64,000 nt of DNA from a virus, in IMG/VR virus record IMGVR_UViG_3300030329_003925, positions 13,220-77,219 of that record. One strand, 5' to 3'. Shown here piece by piece: positions 53,472 through 62,140 of this stretch. Each line of letters opens with the position of its first letter. Positions within the stretch are counted from its first letter, which is position 1. Under the pieces are notes generated by a model that saw only the letters and a program-made list of their open reading frames with translations, was not told where the DNA came from and ran no database searches. The translations under genes were made by a program, and so were the position numbers.

Positions 53472-56400
53472 CCAAGCACTCTAAAATTGCTCCGAAGAGA
53501 TCGTGTGCTAAAGCCCCACTGATCACTGTAGTCTAAACGTGCCATGTAAGGGCGGTTAAGAGCTATATTATCTTTGTTTGGGTCAATTCCCCAACAACGA
53601 ATACTGGTAGCGGCGTTGTTTTCGTCTGTGACTTCCAAGATCCAATAGTCTTTGCCAGTGCGCGTCTTCTTGGAAATACACTTGCGTGGGATAAACCACG
53701 TCACCATCAAATCGGGATCAAACATGCTGATAGGCGGAACACACATCTTATCCAGTCGTCCTCGGATGTCCTCGTTCATCACTCGCTCCAAGGGAAATTC
53801 TCCAGTCAAGTCAATGATAAACTGAATCTCGTCTTCTTCGCTGAATTCTCCCTCTGGAGAATAAGTCTTGATGTTCTCTTCAAGGTTTTTCAGCTTGCGT
53901 GGGCGATCCACCGCAACGGCTGACCAGAAGTGCTTGCCTCCCGTAAACCTCTCGTCCTTGAGGGGATCAAGCGCACCACTCCGCACAAGTACATCGAGAG
54001 CCCTTTTGTTCAACTTGGAATAGACAATGTTCTCGTTGAACAAGAACTCTTCTATATTTACAAATGGTCGGTTGTCGAGCACCTGCTTAATTGCCGCCTC
54101 TCCCAATCCCTTGATAGCGGTCAACGGCTGGATAAGCGTCTTTCCGTCGTCTGAAATCTCCCAGACCTTTCCAGATGTATTCACATTCAACTTGGCAATC
54201 TCAAAGCCATACTTCTTGGCAATCGTGATAGCTTTCGCTTTGCGAGTCTCTGGCTCCTTGTCCAAGAACGCTGCCATCCAGCACTCAGGATAATAATTTA
54301 GAAGCCACGCACATTGGAATGAAATCATCGAGTATGAGATTGCATGAGACTTGTTGAAACCATAGCCAGAGAAGAATTCAAACTTCTCCCACAATGCGTT
54401 AGCTTGTCGTGCGGTCATCCCCTTCTCAACGCACCCATCCACAAACTTGGTGTATAGAGCCTTCTTGACCTTGGCAGTCTTTCCGGTGCCCTTCTTCGTC
54501 AGCACCTTACGAAGCATGTTGCCCTCGTCCAAAGATAAATCTTTGCCAAGACGGTGAGCCAGTGCAGAAATCTGCTCCTGAAAAATTAGAAATCCGTATG
54601 TCTCTTCTGTGACCTCGCGGTAGTCTTCGTTGGGATACCGGATGTATTGCGGGTTTTCCTTCGCCTCGACATAATCCCTGTCCACCTTAGCCGACAGCGG
54701 TCCCGGTCGGAAGATGCTCGTAACAGCAGCAATATCAATGATGCTGGTTGGCTTTGCGACCATGCACAAGTTCTGCGCCCCATCCTCTGTGAACTGGAAT
54801 ACACCAGCCCACTTACCTTTCTGAAAGATGTTCTCATAGACATTCTGGTCTGTCAGGTCGATCTTGTCGGGGTGCAGGTTCTCGTCATAGAACTTTCTCA
54901 CCTCTTCGAACGAGGGGTCTTCGTTCCCCTGCCTACGCAAAATATGACGGACAGCCCCCTCAATCATTCGAAGTGTCGAGAGTCCCAACAGGTCAAACTT
55001 AATGAAGCCCATTGGCTCCAAGTGCCTGACGTTCTGTCCCTCGCTCCACGGAGTCTGCCGAACACCGCCACTGTTGATGAGGGGCATGTACTGGTCAAGG
55101 TTCTCAGCAATCACCACTCCCCCTGCATGACGCGAACATGAACGCACCTGACCATGCAGAGCCTCAACGTGAGTCTTGACGTGAGGATACTTCTGCAAGA
55201 AGCCATTCAAGCTCGGGCTGTACTCCATCACCTCTTCGAATGTGGGGATATACATCCCAGCCTTAATCCCGTGAGCCTTCTTAGCAGGTCCAGTTGCCTC
55301 ACTAATCATAGCTCCGGTGACCTTATTGACTTCCATGAAAGGAATGTTGTAAAACTTAGAAATGTCTTTGATGAGACTGCGAAGCTGCAATGTGTTCCAG
55401 TTAGAGATGGGCACGACTGTATCGTCTCCCCACTCCTCAATCAAAGCCTCCTTCAGTTTCATAGGCTCAGCTACATCGTAATCGATGTCAGGGTAGTCGG
55501 TTGCGTCTGCTCGGAGGAACCTTGCGAACTGAAGTCCGTACTTCAGAGGATCAATCTGAGTAATACCAAGCACATACGCCACCAGTGAACCAGCGGCTGA
55601 ACCACGTCCCGGTCCTGTCAACATCAGCTTGTTGGCTCGGTCCACGATTGCCTTCATGGTTAGAAAGTATTTTGAGAACCCTCGGTCATCAATCGTGTAG
55701 AGTTCGCTCTTGAGCCTCTCGATGTATTCATCATTGGTGTGTAAGCCCAGTGTGCGAAGCGCATCAATGCTAAGGCGTGCCAAAGCCTGTGTTGCTGTAG
55801 CCCCCTCGGGGACCACAAAGTCGGGAAGGCGCACCTCGTTGTCTGGCATGAAGTCTTCGATGCGTTCAAACGCAATCTTGTAAGTCTCTGTCAGCGAATC
55901 CATCACAAGGTCATCATCGTATTCAACCCCTTGCAATTTGCTGTACCGATGATACGACTCCCACATCTGCTCGCCATTCTTCGGATAGAGTTCGCACTTC
56001 AGGTCTTCAGGTTCTGGAAGCTCCTCTGAAAGATATTCAGGTCGCTTTCCAAGCCATCCAAGCCTCTTATAAAGTTCCCTGTCCTTCCAAGCGTCGGGAC
56101 CGGGATAGTGGCTATCAGCCGTAGAGATCAGCTTGATACCGAACTCTTTATGCATCTGGATAATGTATTGGTTGAGTTCGTGCTGCTCGGGGATGTTGTT
56201 CCATTGTAGCTCTCCGTACCACCTATCGTCAAAAATCTCCACCATGCGGCGAGTAGCCTCCCTCATGGCTTCTAATGCCGCCTCTTTGTCTGTACCAGTT
56301 CTCTCGCCTTCCTCGTTGTAGATGCCACTCTCCCACATACAGCCAGCATAAACGCCACCCAAACAAGCAGATGCAGCCATCACACCTTCGGAATAGCGCG

Positions 56401-56905
56401 AAAGCAAATCATAATCCACGCGAGGGTAACGATAATAATTATCGTCGGTGTAGCTCTCAGAGACAATCTTAAACAGATTGTTCAGACCAGTCTGATTCTG
56501 ATCGAGCAAGATAAGATGACGACGACGGTTGAGCATATTCTTTACCGCTTTCTTGGAGGCTTCCTCGTCCTCCACTGTAGCCCCAGACGCCGCCTTCTTC
56601 TTGAGTTTCTGCTCCGCTTTCACGCGGTCATACTCCTCTCTCCATTCTTTGGTCGAGGGAATAAAGTACGCCTCGATCCCAAAGATAGGTTTAAATTCTT
56701 TTCCCTCAGCCTGCATCTTCTTGGCGTGCAAGACCTGATGAGCAAGCCCGTTCATATTGCCGTGGTCAGTCAGAGCCAAAGCCTTAGACCCATTCGCATA
56801 GGCATAGTCCATATGCTGCTGTGGATAACCAATTGCATCAAAAATAGAACCTGCAACGCTATGTGCGTGCAAGCCAACAAACGGTATTTGTTCATCATTC
56901 ATCAT
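53468..56905 (-). CDS. dnaE: DNA polymerase III alpha subunit (family C) with PHP domain
   Basis: LHAHS, LTDHG, GRGSAAGSL, PDIDYD, HAGGVV, KFDLLGL, YGFNKSH. Confidence 0.97.
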   Translation of the reverse strand: MMNDEQIPFVGLHAHSVAGSIFDAIGYPQQHMDYAYANGSKALALTDHGNMNGLAHQVLHAKKMQAEGKEFKPIFGIEAYFIPSTKEWREEYDRVKAEQKLKKKAASGATVEDEEASKKAVKNMLNRRRHLILLDQNQTGLNNLFKIVSESYTDDNYYRYPRVDYDLLSRYSEGVMAASACLGGVYAGCMWESGIYNEEGERTGTDKEAALEAMREATRRMVEIFDDRWYGELQWNNIPEQHELNQYIIQMHKEFGIKLISTADSHYPGPDAWKDRELYKRLGWLGKRPEYLSEELPEPEDLKCELYPKNGEQMWESYHRYSKLQGVEYDDDLVMDSLTETYKIAFERIEDFMPDNEVRLPDFVVPEGATATQALARLSIDALRTLGLHTNDEYIERLKSELYTIDDRGFSKYFLTMKAIVDRANKLMLTGPGRGSAAGSLVAYVLGITQIDPLKYGLQFARFLRADATDYPDIDYDVAEPMKLKEALIEEWGDDTVVPISNWNTLQLRSLIKDISKFYNIPFMEVNKVTGAMISEATGPAKKAHGIKAGMYIPTFEEVMEYSPSLNGFLQKYPHVKTHVEALHGQVRSCSRHAGGVVIAENLDQYMPLINSGGVRQTPWSEGQNVRHLEPMGFIKFDLLGLSTLRMIEGAVRHILRRQGNEDPSFEEVRKFYDENLHPDKIDLTDQNVYENIFQKGKWAGVFQFTEDGAQNLCMVAKPTSIIDIAAVTSIFRPGPLSAKVDRDYVEAKENPQYIRYPNEDYREVTEETYGFLIFQEQISALAHRLGKDLSLDEGNMLRKVLTKKGTGKTAKVKKALYTKFVDGCVEKGMTARQANALWEKFEFFSGYGFNKSHAISYSMISFQCAWLLNYYPECWMAAFLDKEPETRKAKAITIAKKYGFEIAKLNVNTSGKVWEISDDGKTLIQPLTAIKGLGEAAIKQVLDNRPFVNIEEFLFNENIVYSKLNKRALDVLVRSGALDPLKDERFTGGKHFWSAVAVDRPRKLKNLEENIKTYSPEGEFSEEDEIQFIIDLTGEFPLERVMNEDIRGRLDKMCVPPISMFDPDLMVTWFIPRKCISKKTRTGKDYWILEVTDENNAATSIRCWGIDPNKDNIALNRPYMARLDYSDQWGFSTRSLRSNFRVLG

Positions 56906-57782
56906 CGTCTACCCCCATGAGATTCCATTCTCTGTAGTTCAATAAATAGTCTGGTGGACGCTCAATCTTTAGGCGATCAGGCGATCCAAGAAAGTTACAA
57001 TAACCTTCCCAGTTGTCTATGGCGTAATACCACGGAACTTCTTTTATCTCTCCTAATATAACATGTTTGAAAACTTTTGCAAGGTCAAAATACCTCGCAG
57101 AGTATCTTTTTTCCACGGGCAGTTTGGTCGTGGGATATTTGCCGTCCTTCAAGTTCTCTGCACTGTACATCCCTGTGCCTTTTCTAATTTCTCGACGGAA
57201 CTCAAGGAAGTCTTCTTTGCCAAAAGTAAAACCCAAATACTTTCCGTCAGCTACCGTCATCTCTTCGTGGGACAACGCAAACGGAGTTTTACTAGAGATG
57301 ACCTTGCGATGAGCACGCACCACCTCTGGGCTGTAAGCCCCAAAAGGAAACGACACATAATAGCGGTCAGGAGCCATCCACTTGGAAAGGTTGGACCCAA
57401 TGCGAAACGCAGTGAGCGAACCATGAACAACTGACCAAGACAGGCAGTCTCGCTTGCCGTGGTCTTTGATGTTGAGGGGCACATAGAAGATGGGGATTCT
57501 CTTCTGTGACAGGGAGGAGTTGCGACCCTCTTGGCTCCCGAACATCACAGGGTCTTGGACAAACTCGCCCACTCGGTGACGCAAAAGAGGAGCCATGTCA
57601 TCATTGGCGACAATCCATATCGTTTCGCATCCAGCATAAGCGCACTCCATCACAGACCTCTCCACTGCTGTGTAGTTGGGTGCAAGCGGCATCATGCAGT
57701 CTGCCCACTCCATCTGGAAGTCCAGCAACTGCCCTGCGACGGGAATGACACCAGCTAAATGGAAATACGACTTTGCAGACAT
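56895..57782 (-). CDS. Sugar-phosphate nucleotidyltransferase-like (GT-A fold) protein
   Basis: GVIPVAG...MMPLA...ECAYAGCETIWIV. Confidence 0.5.
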   Translation of the reverse strand: MSAKSYFHLAGVIPVAGQLLDFQMEWADCMMPLAPNYTAVERSVMECAYAGCETIWIVANDDMAPLLRHRVGEFVQDPVMFGSQEGRNSSLSQKRIPIFYVPLNIKDHGKRDCLSWSVVHGSLTAFRIGSNLSKWMAPDRYYVSFPFGAYSPEVVRAHRKVISSKTPFALSHEEMTVADGKYLGFTFGKEDFLEFRREIRKGTGMYSAENLKDGKYPTTKLPVEKRYSARYFDLAKVFKHVILGEIKEVPWYYAIDNWEGYCNFLGSPDRLKIERPPDYLLNYREWNLMGVDDDE

Positions 57783-58639
57783 TCTGTAATTTTCCCCAAG
57801 TAGCCCGTGGGCTTTGTTCCGCGAAAGTGCCTGATAATCTCTTCGGGCGTGCGCGGGTCGAGAACAACCTTGTCGTTGTCGCTCGTATGGCTGAACCCTA
57901 TTCTTTCAAATTGCCTCTCAGCGGATTCGAGCTTGAGAGCATAGTATTTATATTTCTCTGGATTGAGTTGATCTCTGCCGTTTCTCGTCCCCCTGATCCC
58001 AGCCTCCTTCATGAGTTTCTCGACCTTGAAGCGCACATAAGTATCGGAAAAGCGATAGTCATTTAGCTGATCTTCTGTCATCTTGGAGACGCAAACAATA
58101 TCCTTCTTGTTATGGTTGCCATCGATTCTGTCCGAGGGATAAAAAATAATCTCCTCTATAACAGACCCAGCAATATCATCAATGTAATGTAGATCGTGAG
58201 TGGCACCAGAATGCACATTAATCCAATCGTATACAGCATACGATCCCTCCTCTCCGTCAGCCTTTTTCGGTATTCCCTGTATTTTGGTGTCATCAAAAAT
58301 CCTCACTTTGTCAAAATCTAACTCAAACGTCTTCCTAGTAACTATCCCCAACTTCTCATCTATCCTGATAGACTTTACTTTATCGGCAAATAATATCTGT
58401 CCAGAGATCGAGAGCATGAAAAACAATCTTTCCCACAAATCTCGTTTAGGAAGCCCAAGAAGTTTTTTACGATCCAAAGTTACAAATTCTTTTGGCTCAC
58501 CCTGCTCGATGATTTTGTCCAAGTCAAAGTAGGCATCAAAGTGGTCAAACCTAAAAGGCATTTTTGGCTCGATATGGACCAGTGGCGCACCTGTGTAGTA
58601 AGCGTACAAGAGCGCAGATAAGGTGGCGCCTACTATCAC
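57755..58639 (-). CDS. Protein with a degenerate FAD/NAD Rossmann N-terminus
   Basis: IVGATLSALLYA...HIE. Confidence 0.4.
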   Translation of the reverse strand: MIVGATLSALLYAYYTGAPLVHIEPKMPFRFDHFDAYFDLDKIIEQGEPKEFVTLDRKKLLGLPKRDLWERLFFMLSISGQILFADKVKSIRIDEKLGIVTRKTFELDFDKVRIFDDTKIQGIPKKADGEEGSYAVYDWINVHSGATHDLHYIDDIAGSVIEEIIFYPSDRIDGNHNKKDIVCVSKMTEDQLNDYRFSDTYVRFKVEKLMKEAGIRGTRNGRDQLNPEKYKYYALKLESAERQFERIGFSHTSDNDKVVLDPRTPEEIIRHFRGTKPTGYLGKITECLQSRISI

Positions 58640-59397
58640 ATCGCCCTCGGTGGATTTGCTGCATCGAAGAGGCGCCCCCGGTCCTCGAACTCATATCCGA
58701 AGAATGCGATATCTGCCCCACATGATATCATAACCTTTTCCACATCATCACGATCATAATAATGAGAATAATGATCGTGGGAGGTTGCATTTGTTTTTTT
58801 CCTCACTTCGTCAATATTGTGTTTTATGCCCAACCATTGGAATAGGTGGGTGACTTCCTCTGCATAGTTTTCAAATCTCAGGGGGATCCAATTTCTATAA
58901 AAGCTGTGTGCGTACCAGTCACCAAAAGTCAGGCACTGAGGTGCAAGCCCAGATAAATGAGGGTCTATCCGCAAATCCCAGTGAGGAGGGGGGAAATCAT
59001 GTTGGGTCCCTTCTCCGGCGCCTCTTGGTGAGGGGATCTGCCTTTTTAAAAAAGCAGAAAGAATACTATGCGGAACCATCCCGTGGAGTCGGGGTTTGTA
59101 AAGCATTTCTTTAAAATCTTTTTTCTCAAATCCATCGACCCCGCTTGCCTTATTCAGAAAAAAATACTGAGACAAAATACGATCCCACGGATTACGAATG
59201 ATCGTAAATATCTTGTATTCTAGAACCTCCTCTCCATAATACTCTACATATTTGCGGAGAGGGGCATGAAAATCGCTACTGCTTGGGTCATATGGGCTAA
59301 ACTGCTCCTCACAACAGGGTGCCAAAAACTTAGACAAATGAATACCCCCAGTGCGTGGCTTATGGATAAAAATAAACTTCTTTCGATGAGAGATCAC
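58636..59397 (-). CDS. Sulfotransferase family 2 protein
   Basis: FIFIHKPRTGG (5'PSB), IRNPWDRILSQY (3'PB), RFEN, D..FFGY. Confidence 0.85.
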   Translation of the reverse strand: MISHRKKFIFIHKPRTGGIHLSKFLAPCCEEQFSPYDPSSSDFHAPLRKYVEYYGEEVLEYKIFTIIRNPWDRILSQYFFLNKASGVDGFEKKDFKEMLYKPRLHGMVPHSILSAFLKRQIPSPRGAGEGTQHDFPPPHWDLRIDPHLSGLAPQCLTFGDWYAHSFYRNWIPLRFENYAEEVTHLFQWLGIKHNIDEVRKKTNATSHDHYSHYYDRDDVEKVMISCGADIAFFGYEFEDRGRLFDAANPPRAM

Positions 59398-59406
59398 GGG
59401 TGCAAC

Positions 59407-59724
59407 TTATACTTGCGTGTTCTCATGGCGACTGATCATTTCAAGAATCGTATTCTCATCCTTAAGCCCGACAGATTGCTCAACCATCTTGCCATCCTTC
59501 ATTACGATCAAGAATGGAATTCCTCTCACGCCGTACTGTAATGCAAGTTCACGACTTTCGTCAACATTAACTTTACAAATCTGAGCCTCGACCTTTTGAG
59601 AAACTTTCTCCAAAATAGGCGTCAACGCTTTGCAGGGTCCACACCAATCAGCGTAGAAATCGACCACAGTGATGCCCTGAGACACAGTGTTTTTAAAATT
59701 GTTCTCGTTCAAAAGTTTAATCAT
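59407..59724 (-). CDS. trxA: Thioredoxin
   Basis: DFYADWCGPC, GVRGIP. Confidence 0.95.
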   Translation of the reverse strand: MIKLLNENNFKNTVSQGITVVDFYADWCGPCKALTPILEKVSQKVEAQICKVNVDESRELALQYGVRGIPFLIVMKDGKMVEQSVGLKDENTILEMISRHENTQV

Positions 59725-59873
59725 CTTCCTTGTCCTCTATATTTCTTCTTATATCCCTTTGGGATTGTGTTGTTTGAGTTAAGACTCTTGTGTCTGGTAT
59801 TTTTACCATTTCCGATTGAAGTCTTTTTTCTGTTGGCACCCTTTGGCTTCCAACTGTTAGTGGACTTTGCCAT
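59721..59873 (-). CDS. 50-aa basic conserved phage protein (not in ORF track)
   Basis: MAK...KKTSIG...KKYRGQGR; GAGG RBS; ATGA overlap with trxA. Confidence 0.65.
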   Translation of the reverse strand: MAKSTNSWKPKGANRKKTSIGNGKNTRHKSLNSNNTIPKGYKKKYRGQGR

Positions 59874-60132
59874 CTTCCTCTCCTTTAATGAGAATATCTA
59901 ATTCTCCACTTTCATCCATAGCCAATAAATCGGAACAACCTCCGATATATTTGTTCCCAAAAAATATCTGGGGAACTGTGTTTTTGCCTGTACGCTCCGC
60001 TAACAGCATCCGAGCCACATCATTGTGAGAGACATCAAACACCTCATAATGCGCCCCCTTGTAGGTAAGGGTCATAATTGCCTGCTTACAATAAGAGCAA
60101 TAATTTGCCGAAAAGATTCTAAACTTCTTCAT
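59857..60132 (-). CDS. Glutaredoxin
   Basis: CSYC, TVPQIF, IGGCSDL. Confidence 0.92.
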   Translation of the reverse strand: MKKFRIFSANYCSYCKQAIMTLTYKGAHYEVFDVSHNDVARMLLAERTGKNTVPQIFFGNKYIGGCSDLLAMDESGELDILIKGEEDGKVH

Positions 60133-60829
60133 TCTTCGCTCTCCTATAAGATCCCACTGCAACGGGGAATAGTTCCTCTGCAATCTCCAAGCAAGCCTCC
60201 GCAACCCTCTGGATCTCCCACTGTGCGCCTTCGTGCATACGAAGATCGACGAACTTCAAGAGGTTGTTGAGGTTGACTGTACCGTAATACTCTGTGTACA
60301 TGTTTTGCGGAAGCACTCCTCTTGCTTGCTCTCGGCAAACGCCCGAAGATAAGAGGTCATCATAAAGTTGCATAGATCGCTCATGGTGCCTCTTTAGCAG
60401 CGACGAGGCGCGTAGTCTCCCCCCATCTTCATACGCATACACAACTGGATCAACTAAGTCCTCAGTATTGCTGGCTTGCCGATTTGATTTGTGCTGTGTG
60501 CGAAATTCTTCAGGCTCATAAAACTGAATGTTTACGTCAGTGTACCTGCGAGAGATTTCATTATAGCTCCAAGTCCTGTGTCTGTGATGTTGGCTTCGTA
60601 CATAGAGAGGCACAACAAACCGAAAAGTGATAACATTATGCTCAAACGTGCTCGTATGCCGATGTTCGACCAGATAATTAATAAGCCTTTCGTCTTTCTC
60701 ATCTAGCGACTCCTTGTGTCGTCCAAAGCTAACACGAGCGCTGTTGACAATAGTAAGATCACTACCCAAATGTCCCACATAGTCAACTCTCCCAATGTCG
60801 TCTCCGTAAAGTTTAATCGATTTCAACAA
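60119..60829 (-). CDS. thyX: FAD-dependent thymidylate synthase
   Basis: ARVS, H.STFEH, RHRTWSYNEISRRY, EQARGVLP, AQWEI; TTG start after GAGGTG. Confidence 0.95.
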   Translation of the reverse strand: MLKSIKLYGDDIGRVDYVGHLGSDLTIVNSARVSFGRHKESLDEKDERLINYLVEHRHTSTFEHNVITFRFVVPLYVRSQHHRHRTWSYNEISRRYTDVNIQFYEPEEFRTQHKSNRQASNTEDLVDPVVYAYEDGGRLRASSLLKRHHERSMQLYDDLLSSGVCREQARGVLPQNMYTEYYGTVNLNNLLKFVDLRMHEGAQWEIQRVAEACLEIAEELFPVAVGSYRRAKNEEV

Positions 60830-61565
60830 GCACCTCGTCAAGTCGCTTACGATACTCCTTAACAAGCCCACGATGATGCCATCGAGACTTGGGAGTTCTC
60901 TTCTCCTCAAGGGAAAGCTTCACATGGCTGTTAATTTTGCGAACAAGACCTTCTACCTTCGAATTGCTAGGAAGCTCATCTTCCCGCAGACTGATAGAGC
61001 GTCCATCGTTGGCTGGCATGGCGCCCTCATAGGCGTCATCAAAGAAGGGAATATAAAACTTTCTACCCTTCTTTTGAGAATAATAATCTTTTTTAGCCTG
61101 TATCTCCGGTCCTCCAAGGCTTACATCTCGCGTCTGAATTGTATCGTCGCCCTCGATGTATTCAAAAGTAAAGTAGGGCTCGCCTCCCTCTTGGGCAATT
61201 TTGCGCCCCCAGATAACAGCTTCCTGTCCATATTTAATCCCCAAGTCGGCTACGTCTTGGCGTGTCATGTTCGGAACCAAAAAAGAATTTTCTGGTCCAC
61301 CATAGGATCCCTTAATGGGGATAACACCGTAGTTAGCAGCGATTAAGTCTGCCAATAACTGGGCATTCATCTTATTGTTTTCCTCTGCACTCGCACGCTC
61401 CCCGCCGGGGTTATGTGCAGTTAAAATGCCCAATGTATCAATTGATGGGACAAACCCCATCATCATTTGGCGCACTCTTGCGTACCCCGATTCACTAAGA
61501 AGGTTCATGTATTTGGATGCCTTCACCTCACGAATATACTTTCGAATCTTTCTGTCCATAGTCAT
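60813..61565 (-). CDS. DUF3293-like protein with a leader-like N-terminus
   Basis: ILTAHNP...EN...L..DL...G.YG..ENSF...YGQEAV; IRKYIRE...LLSE. Confidence 0.55.
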   Translation of the reverse strand: MTMDRKIRKYIREVKASKYMNLLSESGYARVRQMMMGFVPSIDTLGILTAHNPGGERASAEENNKMNAQLLADLIAANYGVIPIKGSYGGPENSFLVPNMTRQDVADLGIKYGQEAVIWGRKIAQEGGEPYFTFEYIEGDDTIQTRDVSLGGPEIQAKKDYYSQKKGRKFYIPFFDDAYEGAMPANDGRSISLREDELPSNSKVEGLVRKINSHVKLSLEEKRTPKSRWHHRGLVKEYRKRLDEVLVEID

Positions 61566-61568
61566 AGA

Positions 61569-61856
61569 TTACTTATCTCCTAGAGTACATATAATATAGT
61601 TCTCTTGTACTAAGTAGATAGTTTCGCCTCTAAAGGTGACTTCTTGAACGACTGAGCGTGGAAAAGCTATAATCTCTCCTTCTTGCCATTCGTGATTGTT
61701 CCATGTAGCACCCTTCTTGATTTTCCCAATTGCATATGCCCCTTGAGGCTGCTGGTATTCGTCGGGAAGGAGAACCAAAGAACTGCCCTCCTCTTTCTCT
61801 GCGTCTTCCATAATCTCCACAACCAAGTATCTATTACGCCCTTCAACTTCTACCAT
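61569..61856 (-). CDS. groES: Co-chaperonin GroES-like
   Basis: N.YLVVE...LVLLPD...EGEII.F...EV...GE..YLVQENYII. Confidence 0.75.
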   Translation of the reverse strand: MVEVEGRNRYLVVEIMEDAEKEEGSSLVLLPDEYQQPQGAYAIGKIKKGATWNNHEWQEGEIIAFPRSVVQEVTFRGETIYLVQENYIICTLGDK

Positions 61857-61859
61857 AGT

Positions 61860-62087
61860 TCACACTCCTTTTGATTCAATATAGTTCTCGATCACGTTTC
61901 TGTGAATCCCATATTCTTCTGCCATCAAGAACGAAGTTACTGCCTCTCCACATTTCTTACATCGAAACCTGACTGCAATAGATCCTCCAATCATGGCTTC
62001 TATGTGCCCACTCGGATAATAAGAGTGTATGCCTCTGGCGCATTCTCGCATCATTTCATGCTTGGGAATCAAGTGATTAAAGTTCAT
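61860..62087 (-). CDS. Small zinc-binding protein
   Basis: C...H...CKKC; promoter TTGACA-N17-TATACT at 62106-62134. Confidence 0.55.
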   Translation of the reverse strand: MNFNHLIPKHEMMRECARGIHSYYPSGHIEAMIGGSIAVRFRCKKCGEAVTSFLMAEEYGIHRNVIENYIESKGV

Positions 62088-62140
62088 AGTCCACCTCTCA
62101 ACCTTAGTATAACTGAGTGTCAATAAGATGTCAAGAAACT

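Noticed and set aside
53468-56905. Intein or intron in dnaE (or nrdJ)
   Set aside because: Lengths are normal, motifs are contiguous, and no splicing motifs were seen.
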